Below are positions 20,240 through 28,809 of a DNA stretch of 64,000 nt, in pieces. Made by a program: the position numbers and the translations under genes. Each line of letters opens with the position of its first letter. Position 1 is the stretch's first letter. Origin of the DNA: an uncultured delta proteobacterium (lineage in GTDB: Bacteria; Desulfobacterota; Binatia; UBA9968); NCBI GenBank assembly GCA_963760795.1, contig CAVXEP010000032.1, forward strand, positions 160,001 to 224,000. Reading direction: 5' to 3'. Under the pieces are notes generated by a model. It was not told the DNA's origin, made no database searches, and saw nothing but the letters and a program-made list of their open reading frames with translations.

Positions 20240-21382
20240 ATGGAACAATCAATTGTCTCATCGGATTCTCATGTGATCGAAGTGCCGGATCTTTGGGTGA
20301 CGGGGATGCCCGCCGCCTTCAAGGATCGTGCGCCAAAGGCGTTCTTTGACGAGAAGCGTGACGCCTGGATGTTCGGTTCGCCCGAGGTGCAGATTCAAGC
20401 CGTCGGCGGGTTGTTCATGGCGGGCCAGCAACCGGAGAATCTAGAGAAGTTTCGCAAGGCGGGTTTCGCCGTGGCGCGCCCCGGCGGTTGGGATCCGCTC
20501 GAACGCCAAGCCGACATGGTCACCGACGGCGTTGCGGCTGAAGTGCTCTATCCGAGCTTGGGCCTGGGCTTGTTCTGCGTCGAGGATGCCGGACTGCAAG
20601 AGGCCTTGTTTCGTGCCTACAACGACTGGATCATCGATTACTGCCAAAAAGTTCCCGATCGCTTGTTCGGCATCGCGTTGATCTCGATGTACAACGTCGA
20701 TCACGCCATCGCCGAAATGGAACGCTGTAAAAAAGAAGGCGTCGTCGGCACGATGATCTGGCAGGTGCCCCATCCGAGCTTGCCGTTCACGTCGGAGCAT
20801 TATGAACGCTTCTGGGCCGCGTCGCAGGATCTCGATCTGCCGGTGCATTTGCACATCTTGACCGGTTTCGGCGACAGCATGCACCGCCAGACCGCCCACG
20901 GCCCGAAACGCTTCCGCATCGGCCTCGAACAGACCCGCGAGATCGAAAACGCGCTGTTCGAATTGATCTTTCACGGTGTGCTCGAACGCCATCCCAAACT
21001 GAAGATTGTCTCGGTGGAAAACGAAGTGGGCTGGATGCCGTTCTGGTTGGGCCAGTGCGACAAAGGCTTCAAACGCCATCGCCACTCGGAAAAAGTCCAG
21101 ATGAGCAAGCTGCCGAGCGAATACTTTGCCGAGCAGATTTACGCGACTTTTTTCAACGACCTGGTTGGCGGCAAAATGTTTTCCTGGTGGGGTGCGGACA
21201 ACTGCATGTGGTCCAACGATTATCCGCACCAGAATTCTACCTGGCCCAACTCCCGTGCGGTCATCGATCGCGATATGGCCGAACTGCCTGCTGAGACGCG
21301 CGAGAAGTTGCTCAATACCAACGTGCGCAAGCTTTATAAATTAAACGCGCCGGTGTCGTTGCCCAAGGCGGTGGCTGCCTAA
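20240..21382 (+). CDS. Amidohydrolase family 2 protein
   Basis: VSSDSHVIE, VLYPS, HLHILTG, MWSNDYPH. Confidence 0.9.
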   Translation: MEQSIVSSDSHVIEVPDLWVTGMPAAFKDRAPKAFFDEKRDAWMFGSPEVQIQAVGGLFMAGQQPENLEKFRKAGFAVARPGGWDPLERQADMVTDGVAAEVLYPSLGLGLFCVEDAGLQEALFRAYNDWIIDYCQKVPDRLFGIALISMYNVDHAIAEMERCKKEGVVGTMIWQVPHPSLPFTSEHYERFWAASQDLDLPVHLHILTGFGDSMHRQTAHGPKRFRIGLEQTREIENALFELIFHGVLERHPKLKIVSVENEVGWMPFWLGQCDKGFKRHRHSEKVQMSKLPSEYFAEQIYATFFNDLVGGKMFSWWGADNCMWSNDYPHQNSTWPNSRAVIDRDMAELPAETREKLLNTNVRKLYKLNAPVSLPKAVAA

Positions 21383-21422
21383 GGCGCGTAGGCCAGCAGT
21401 AAATCTTATCGAGGAGTTTTCT

Positions 21423-22440
21423 ATGGAATTACGTGAAGCGATAAAAGTTCTCGATTCGGACGCCCATGCGCGCGATCTCGACAACGACATCAGGAAGTAC
21501 CTGCCCGAGCCCTACCGGAGTCAGAAAGCGTCGTTTATTCCGAGTGAGCATTACGATCGCAATCTTGGCGGGACATTGGGCCAGGGCGGCGCCAAGGTCG
21601 AGGAGCGGTTGGAAGCGATGGACACCCAGCAGATCGACACCGCGGTGATGTTTCCGACCAGCGGCTTGGGTGTCGGCCGGGTGCGCGATAGCCAAGTTTC
21701 AAGTGGCGCTATGCCGGGCTTACAACGATTTCATCTCGGATTACTGCAAGGCGTCGCCGCGCTTGAAAGCGGTGGCCAATCTGCCGGTGAACGATCCGGC
21801 CGAATGCGTCACGGAGCTCAATCGCGCCGTTACCAAGTTAGGTTTATGCGGCGGCATGATGGTCGCGCAGGCGCACCGGAAAAACCTCGGCAGCGCGGAA
21901 TACTATCCGCTCTACGAAGAGGCGCAAAAGCTCAACACGCCGCTGACCATTCACGCGTTTGGCGGCGACGAGCCGGGCAGCGAAATTTTCGATCAGTTTA
22001 TTAGCCTGCATACCTGCGGTCATCCTTTTCCGGTGCTGCGCCAACTGACGGCGATGGTCTTCGGCGGCATTCCCGAGCTGTTTCCGAAAGTCCGCATCGG
22101 CTATCTCGAAGTCGGTTGCGGCTGGCTGCCGTACTGGGCCGAGCGCATGGACGAGGAGTGGGAGAAGCGCGGCAAAGTCGAAGCGCCGCTGTGCAAAAAG
22201 AAACCCAGTGAATACCTGTTCAGCGAGTACAGCTACTATGGCTGCGAGCCGGAAGAGAAGATGATTAGTTTTGTCACCAAGGAGATCGGTTCGAAGACGC
22301 TCATGTACGCATCCGACTATCCGCACTGGGACATGAGCTGGCCGGAGTCGGCGACGATTCTGTGGAATCGCGACGACATTTCGCTCGAAGTGAAAAAGGA
22401 TCTCTTGCTTAACAACGCTAAACGTTTCTACAACATTTAA
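21423..22440 (+). CDS. Amidohydrolase family 2 protein (+1 frameshift near 21690)
   Basis: LDSDAH..AVMFPT in the first frame; AYNDF..YASDYPHWD in the second; paralog of 14737-15756. Confidence 0.85.
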
Positions 22441-22447
22441 TTCAACC

Positions 22448-22532
22448 GTCATTCCCAGGGAAACGAGGAATCTCGATTTGCCGCGCCGCGGCGAGTCGGA
22501 TTCCTCGTTGCTTTCAGCAGCGGAGGATGACA
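22448..22532. repeat. REP-like palindromic element family C
   Basis: GTCATTCC..CGAGGAATCTC..GATTCCTCG..GGATGACA. Confidence 0.7.
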
Positions 22533-22598
22533 TAGAATTAGGCGCAATTCTAATCTTATCAACTGAACCAAGACGGTAAATTTTGAGAGGAGTCGAGC

Positions 22599-24335
22599 AT
22601 GATTCAAACTAAAGGATTGACCGGCGCGCAGTCGATGCTGCGTGTCCTGGGAAAAATGGGCGTCGAAAAAATCTTCGCGTCGCCGGGATCGGAATGGTCG
22701 CCGCTGTGGGAAGCGCTGGCGGAGCCGGGCGTCGAAGGCATGCCGCAATATTACAGCACGCGCCATGAAGAGATCGCCGTCGGCATGGCGAGCGGCTATG
22801 CCAAGTCCACGGGCAAGCTGCCCGCCGTAGTCATTCACACCACCGTGGGTGCGTTGCATGCCACCATGGCGATGCGCGCAGCGCTGCACGAGCAGGTGCC
22901 GATGGTGGTGTTCGCCGGCGAGTCGATTGGCTTCGGCGAAGATGAAGGACCGGATGTCGGTGGTCAGTGGCAGGGCCATCTCGGCGACATGGGCGGGCCG
23001 GCCAAGCTGGTCGATCACACGGTCAAATGGAGCTTCGGCGTCAACACCAAGTCGATCGTTCCGTCCACCGTGCAGCGCGCCTGCCGCCTGGCCATGGCGG
23101 GACCGCGCGGGCCGGTGTTCGTATCGATGCCGATGGAATATATGTTCGACACCATGACCAAGGATGTGCCGTCGGATCTCGGCAGTTCGCCGTTGGCTAC
23201 CGCCGATCCCCAGGGCATCGAAGATCTCGCTAACTTGCTCGCCGGCGCACAGCATCCGGTGATCGTTACCGAAGACGCCGGCAAGACGCTGAAGAGTGTA
23301 AATCTCCTGGTCGAGATCGCCGAACTGCTCGGCTGTCCGGTGGTGGAAACCCGCAGCACCGGTGTCATCAACATCCCGCGCACCCATGCGCTGCACAGCG
23401 GCTACGACGCCAAAGAAGGCGTGCAGGGCGCCGACGTGATTTTTCTCTTGGCGGTCATCGCCCCCTGGCATCCGGCGTCGATCACGCCGTCGAAGGGCGC
23501 CAAGGTCGCCATGCTCGATGAGAATCCGCTGCGCATCGAGATTCCCTACTATGGCTACCAATCGGATCTCTGCCTCACCGGCGAGATCGAGTCGTCGCTG
23601 GAGCATTTGCTTGGCGCCTTGAAGAAAAAAGTTTCTAAAGGCGATCCGGCGCGCACGCGCCGCGCTGAAGATCTCAAGGCCACCAACGACGCCCGGCGCA
23701 AAAAATGGCGTGACGAGGCGATCGCTCTCGGCAGTCAAAAGCCGATGGACACCCGCTGGGTGGCCCATGAGATCAGCCAGGTACTGCCCAAGGATGCGAT
23801 GGTGGTCGAAGAGACCATCACGCACCGCCTGGCGGTGCATCGCTATCTCGATAATCTGACGCCAGGATCGTTCTTCAACGGTTGCATCGGCGGCCTCGGC
23901 ACCGGCTTGGCGACCGCCCTGGGCGTCAAAGCGGCCAATCCCAAGCGGCCGGTTATCTGCTTGATCGGCGACGGCTCGTTTAACTACGATCCGGCACCGG
24001 CGGCGTTTGGCGCGGCCCAGGAGCACAACCTGCCATTTCTGACAATCATGTTTAATAATCAGGGCTATCTATCACAAAAATCAGGCATTCCAAAATACTA
24101 TCCAGGAGGTTGGGCGGTCAAATCGGGAAATTTTTCGGGCTTGCACATCACCCCCTGCCCGGAATATTCGCAGATGATCAAAGCCTGGGATGGCTACGGT
24201 GAGAAAGTCGAAGAACCGGGCGAAGTGCGCAAAGCCGTCGAGCGCGGCCTGCGCGCGGTAGCCGGCGGACAGTCGGCGCTGTTGGATATCCGCCTTAAAA
24301 CCGTTGAGTCGATTGTCGAGCGCGGCGAAGGATAG
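22599..24335 (+). CDS. Thiamine pyrophosphate-binding enzyme (acetolactate synthase/decarboxylase superfamily)
   Basis: RHEEIAVGMASGY, GPRGPV, GDGSF..NN TPP motif. Confidence 0.9.
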   Translation: MIQTKGLTGAQSMLRVLGKMGVEKIFASPGSEWSPLWEALAEPGVEGMPQYYSTRHEEIAVGMASGYAKSTGKLPAVVIHTTVGALHATMAMRAALHEQVPMVVFAGESIGFGEDEGPDVGGQWQGHLGDMGGPAKLVDHTVKWSFGVNTKSIVPSTVQRACRLAMAGPRGPVFVSMPMEYMFDTMTKDVPSDLGSSPLATADPQGIEDLANLLAGAQHPVIVTEDAGKTLKSVNLLVEIAELLGCPVVETRSTGVINIPRTHALHSGYDAKEGVQGADVIFLLAVIAPWHPASITPSKGAKVAMLDENPLRIEIPYYGYQSDLCLTGEIESSLEHLLGALKKKVSKGDPARTRRAEDLKATNDARRKKWRDEAIALGSQKPMDTRWVAHEISQVLPKDAMVVEETITHRLAVHRYLDNLTPGSFFNGCIGGLGTGLATALGVKAANPKRPVICLIGDGSFNYDPAPAAFGAAQEHNLPFLTIMFNNQGYLSQKSGIPKYYPGGWAVKSGNFSGLHITPCPEYSQMIKAWDGYGEKVEEPGEVRKAVERGLRAVAGGQSALLDIRLKTVESIVERGEG

Positions 24336-24466
24336 TTCGCTGCAAAATTGTCCGGATCAACGCCGGCCGGGTATCGTATGTGGATATTCGGCCGGCGTCG
24401 TTATTTTTGCCGATGCTAAATTAGCGGCGATGAGTTATTGAAGCAAGTATTCGCTAGAGGTGAAAT

Positions 24467-25177
24467 ATGAGCAACGCTTTTCACGATCAATTGGTCGCCA
24501 CCCGCGACAAAAAGCACAGCAAGAACCATCCGTTCTTCGAGCTCTGGGCGCAGGGTAAGCTGACCAAGGAGCAGACCGCTTTTTACTGCACCCAGCACTA
24601 TCACTTCGTCGGCGAATTTTTGAATTGGCTGGCCTATCTGGCGTCGCAGATTCCCGAGCGCGATGTGAAGAATTACTTGTATGAAAATCTTGGCGACGAG
24701 GAGAATCCCGACGATCGCCATCTCGACATGTTGAAAGACTACGTCGCGGTGAGCGGCGTCGATCGTAACAGTGTCGAGAGTTCGATTGTGCTCGGCGGCA
24801 CCGAGCAGTTGCAAAACTGGGGCTGGATGATGGTCTACCAAAAACCCTGGCCGGTTGCCGCCGCCGGGCTGTTCATCGGTCTGGAATCGCAGTTCTTGGA
24901 TATCTGCAAGAAGATCGTTCCCGCCTTACACCAGCACTACGGTTACAAAGCTCGCGCGCGGGAGATCCGCTTTTTCGAGGAACATATTTACGCCGACGAG
25001 ATCCATGGTTCGAAAGGCTTTGCCATCGTCGAAAAGTATTGCACCACGCCGGAGCTGCAAGCCGCGGCGATCAAACAAGTCGAGGACGCCACCATCCGGC
25101 GCTGGCGTTATATGAACAATATTTACTGGTACGCGCTGCACGGCAAGGAAGACGACACGCCGGCGCTTGCAGGGTAG
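24467..25177 (+). CDS. Heme-oxygenase-like diiron oxidase (CADD/PqqC/TenA-like, iron-containing redox enzyme)
   Basis: HPFF..W..GKLTKEQ, NLGDEE..H, LESQ, FFEEHIYADEIH diiron ligand set. Confidence 0.85.
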   Translation: MSNAFHDQLVATRDKKHSKNHPFFELWAQGKLTKEQTAFYCTQHYHFVGEFLNWLAYLASQIPERDVKNYLYENLGDEENPDDRHLDMLKDYVAVSGVDRNSVESSIVLGGTEQLQNWGWMMVYQKPWPVAAAGLFIGLESQFLDICKKIVPALHQHYGYKARAREIRFFEEHIYADEIHGSKGFAIVEKYCTTPELQAAAIKQVEDATIRRWRYMNNIYWYALHGKEDDTPALAG

Positions 25178-25205
25178 CGCGAGTTCGGTCGTTGACCTTG
25201 TCTTA

Positions 25206-25285
25206 CCCTCGCCCTTTGGGAGAGGGAAGGGTGAGGGTCATGCCGATTCGGCCGCCCTCACCTCTGTCCCTCCCAGAGGGCGAGG
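25206..25285. repeat. REP-like CCCTC...GAGGG double-hairpin element
   Basis: CCCTCGCCCTTTGGGAGAGGG..GGGTGAGGG...CCCTCACC..CCCTCCCAGAGGGCGAGG inverted pair. Confidence 0.75.
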
Positions 25286-25312
25286 ATGTAAGAATTCAAG
25301 AAGGAAGTCAGC

Positions 25313-26761
25313 ATGAGTATTCGCATAGACGGCGGGGTCGTCGTCGGCTGGTCCGGCACGGGACATGAGATTATTCCTAACGGTTCGGTCTTGATCGAAG
25401 GCAACAGGATCGAGTCAGTCGGCGCCGATAAGTCCCAGCCGGCCGACCGGGTCATCGATGCCAGCGGCAAGATCGTCTGCCCCGGTTTTATCAACCTGCA
25501 TGTGCACTCGCAGCTCAACGTCGGCGATTATCTGCTGACCGATGTCACGAAGAAAGATTATCTCGCCGCCAACTGGTTCGTGTTCGGCGCGCCGTTGAAA
25601 GAAAAGGTCGAACCGCCGGCGCCGCCGGCGGTGGCGTTGGGACGGAAGTATGCGCTTTACAGCGCGCTGCGAAACGGTGCGACGACGGTGCTCGATCCCG
25701 GCGGCGGCCCGGGCGCCCTCGACGATTATGTCGCCATCGTCGGTCAGACCGGCGGGCGGGTGTTTTTCAGTCCGCCGTTTCGCAGTCACGATATTTTCAC
25801 CGACGCCGAGGGGCGGCACTACTATGAAGAACGGCCGGACAAAGGACGGCCCGGACTGAAAGTCGCCGTCGACTTCATCAAGAAATTCCACGGCGCCCAC
25901 AATGGCCGCTTGCAAGGCATTTTGAATCCGGCGCAGGCGGAAACCTGCGAGCCGTCGTTGTTGAAAGAATCGGTGGCCGCGGCGAAAGAGTTGGACGTGC
26001 CGCTGCATATCCACGCCGGCGGCAACTTCCGCGAGTTCTTGGAGATTCTCAACAAGTATCGCAAACCGGTGGCCGAGTATCTCGCCGACGTCGGCATCCT
26101 CGGCCCGCGCACGACGTTGGGCCATATGGCGATCACCGGCGGCCACTCGCGCGTTGACTATCCGCTCGGCGATGAAATGAAGATTCTCGCCGAGACCGGC
26201 GCCACCGTCGGCCACTGCCCGCATAAGTGCGCCAAGATGGCTTTTGCCATGGAATCATTTGACCGATACCTGGAAGCCGGCGTGCGCATCGGCTTGGGCA
26301 CGGATACTTATCCGCTCGATATCGTTTCGGAGATGCGCTACGCATCGTTGATCTCTCGGCTCGTCGATCGCCAAGCTGCCGGCGCCCGCGCCGCCGATGT
26401 CTTTAACGCCGCCACCATCGGCGGGGCGACTGCGTTGGGCCGTTCCGATCTAGGCCGGCTTGCCGTCGGCGCAAAGGCCGACGTGGTGATTATCAATCTG
26501 CGCAGCACGCGCTACGGCCCGATGCGCGATCCGATCAATGCCCTGGTCGAATACGGCAGCGGCGCGGATGTCGAAACCGTGCTGGTCGACGGCGAAGTGG
26601 TTATCGAAAACGGCCGCTCGACGCGCATCAACGATGATGAGCTGTTCGCCCAAGCCGAAGCCGGCGCCAAGCGCGCCTGGGACGCCTGGTCCGCGCGCGA
26701 TTGGAACGGCCGCAGTGTCGAGCAAATCATCCCCCCGGCTTTTCCGACACGACAAGGTTGA
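25313..26761 (+). CDS. Metal-dependent amidohydrolase/deaminase (AtzA/TrzA/MtaD-like)
   Basis: PGFINLHVH, HIHAG, LGTD, GRLAVGAKAD, VLVDGEVV. Confidence 0.88.
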   Translation: MSIRIDGGVVVGWSGTGHEIIPNGSVLIEGNRIESVGADKSQPADRVIDASGKIVCPGFINLHVHSQLNVGDYLLTDVTKKDYLAANWFVFGAPLKEKVEPPAPPAVALGRKYALYSALRNGATTVLDPGGGPGALDDYVAIVGQTGGRVFFSPPFRSHDIFTDAEGRHYYEERPDKGRPGLKVAVDFIKKFHGAHNGRLQGILNPAQAETCEPSLLKESVAAAKELDVPLHIHAGGNFREFLEILNKYRKPVAEYLADVGILGPRTTLGHMAITGGHSRVDYPLGDEMKILAETGATVGHCPHKCAKMAFAMESFDRYLEAGVRIGLGTDTYPLDIVSEMRYASLISRLVDRQAAGARAADVFNAATIGGATALGRSDLGRLAVGAKADVVIINLRSTRYGPMRDPINALVEYGSGADVETVLVDGEVVIENGRSTRINDDELFAQAEAGAKRAWDAWSARDWNGRSVEQIIPPAFPTRQG

Positions 26762-26773
26762 CGAGAGATACTT

Positions 26774-27113
26774 TTCACCACGAAGTGTCCATGAGCTTGC
26801 GCTCGTCTACAGATCATGAAAATACCGGAAGCCCCCTCCCGAGGGTTCATTCCTTCGACTCGTCATGCCGGCGCAGGCCGGCATCCAGAGGCGGGAGGGG
26901 GGATGGATACCGGCCTGCGCCGGTATGACGGAACAGAGAGTCGTTATCGATGCGCAGATCATCGCTGCACGTGTATTTTCGAAGGAGGCACGAAGGACAC
27001 GCAGGGTTCGGATAATCAATATTCCGAACTTCGTGCTCTTCGTGTCCTTCGCGGTGAGTAACTCTTTCCCATTTGGTTGCGCAGCTGTGCCGCGTTAGGA
27101 CCTTCGTGGTGAA
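26774..27113. repeat. Nested composite of family A and family D palindromic elements
   Basis: Outer TTCACCACGAAG...CTTCGTGGTGAA encloses family D (26861-26930) and an inner family A copy (26989-27058). Confidence 0.8.
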
Positions 27114-27228
27114 TCATCCGCGAAGATATTTTCGCCATTCAATTGACCCCGCCTGAACATTCCTGCTATCAGAGTCGAAACTTTCAATCATTATAGATAG
27201 TTAAGTTAGTTGATCGGAAAGGTTTATA

Positions 27229-28752
27229 ATGCGTTACGGATTTCTCATCGATCAGCATCGCTGCATCGGCTGCCACGCCTGTACTGTGGCCTGTAAAGAG
27301 GAACACGACATCCCACTGGGCGTTAACCGCACCTGGGTCAAGTACGTCGAGAAGGGGGTCTATCCCGACACGCGACGTCATTTTGCCGTGCTGCGCTGCA
27401 ATCACTGCGACGACGCGCCGTGCATCGAGATCTGCCCGACGGTGGCGCTGTTTCGCCGGCCTGACGGTATTGTCGACTTCGACAATGAGCGTTGCATCGG
27501 TTGCCAGTCCTGCATGCAGGCTTGTCCCTACGATGCGCTTTACATCGATCCCGACCGCAACACCGCGGCCAAATGTAACTTCGATGCCTCGCGCGTCGAG
27601 ATGGGTTACAAACCGGCCTGCGAAGTAGTCTGCCCGACCCAAGCGATTCTTTCCGGCGATCTCGACGATGCCAACAGTACGATCAGCAAGCGCATCGCCA
27701 TGGAAAAAGTCAGCGTGCGCAAAGCCGAGAAGGGCACCAAGCCAAAACTTTTCTATGCCGGCGTCGACGGCGATCTGTTGAATCCGACCATGATGGAGCC
27801 CCAGGAGAGCCACTTCTGGGCCGACAAAGCGCCCGGTGAAGATCTCTACGCTCTCAAGATGCGCGACGGTGAGCGCTCCACTCCGGGTGCAGCGCGGGAG
27901 GTGTACGACGTGCCTCATGAGACACCTTGGGGTAAGAAGATCGCGTCTTATCTGTGGACCAAATCGATATCTGCCGGCGTGCTCCTGTTGTCGGCGCTGT
28001 TTTTGAATATGGGCTTTGAACAGGATGCCGGCGTGTTGAGTTTGGTCAGTCCGATGGTCTCTTTGCTCTTTCTCGCCGCCACTATGTTGTTATTAGTGCT
28101 CGATCTGAAAAAGCCCGGCCGGTTTTTGTACATTCTCACCAAGCCCAATCTCAACTCATGGTTGGTGCTCGGCGGCTACGTATTGACGGTGTTCGGCATT
28201 CTCTTAGCGGTCTGGTTGGCGTTGATCCTCACTGGCCATGGTCTGCATCCCGTGTTGGTGTGGGCGACGGCGACCTTTGCCGTGGCTTCTGCCGGCTATT
28301 CGGCGTTTCTTTTCGCCCAGGCGCGCGGCCGGGATTTTTGGCAAAGTCCAATGCTATTTTGGCATCTGTTGATTCAATCGATCGCCGCCGGCGCGGCGAC
28401 CTTGACGCTGGTCGGCAGTGTGCTCGGTGTCTCGCTGCCGTTGTTCAGCTGGCTCGGTCATCTGTTGGTGATCTCGTTGTGTTTGAGCCTAGCGATGATC
28501 TTCGGCGACTTGTTCATGAAGCATGGCGCCGAAGACGCGGTGCGCGCCGGTGAGATCCTGTTGCGCGGGCCATTGAAGAAATCGTTTTGGATCTTCGTGG
28601 TCGGCCTCGGTAGCCTTGTGCCGATTATTCTCGTTCTATGGCCGATCAGTTCGCTGATACCGAATATCGCCGCAGCCATACTGGCGCTATTCGGTCTGTG
28701 GATGTACGAGCATCTGTGGATCAGAGCCGGGCAGGCTGTGCCGTTGAGCTGA
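27229..28752 (+). CDS. 4Fe-4S dicluster (DmsB/NrfC-like) fused to NrfD/PsrC-type membrane anchor
   Basis: CIGCHACTVAC, CNHCDDAPC..CP, CIGCQSCMQACPY, then about 8 TM helices with LDLKKPGRF and SW. Confidence 0.9.
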   Translation: MRYGFLIDQHRCIGCHACTVACKEEHDIPLGVNRTWVKYVEKGVYPDTRRHFAVLRCNHCDDAPCIEICPTVALFRRPDGIVDFDNERCIGCQSCMQACPYDALYIDPDRNTAAKCNFDASRVEMGYKPACEVVCPTQAILSGDLDDANSTISKRIAMEKVSVRKAEKGTKPKLFYAGVDGDLLNPTMMEPQESHFWADKAPGEDLYALKMRDGERSTPGAAREVYDVPHETPWGKKIASYLWTKSISAGVLLLSALFLNMGFEQDAGVLSLVSPMVSLLFLAATMLLLVLDLKKPGRFLYILTKPNLNSWLVLGGYVLTVFGILLAVWLALILTGHGLHPVLVWATATFAVASAGYSAFLFAQARGRDFWQSPMLFWHLLIQSIAAGAATLTLVGSVLGVSLPLFSWLGHLLVISLCLSLAMIFGDLFMKHGAEDAVRAGEILLRGPLKKSFWIFVVGLGSLVPIILVLWPISSLIPNIAAAILALFGLWMYEHLWIRAGQAVPLS

Positions 28753-28809
28753 TAAAAACCGGAAGTCAGCAGTCAGAATTCAGAAGTCGGATTGACAAGG
28801 ATTTGCATA

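Noticed and set aside
22449-24026. Long antisense ORFs (also 5477-6478, 20441-21229, 30964-32190, 44453-45154, 52317-53246)
   Set aside because: Shadow frames of GC-rich genes on the opposite strand with no family motifs
28761-28790. Short 7-bp tandem repeat (AGTCAGA-like) between the Mo-enzyme genes
   Set aside because: Only 3-4 degenerate units; too short to assign a function
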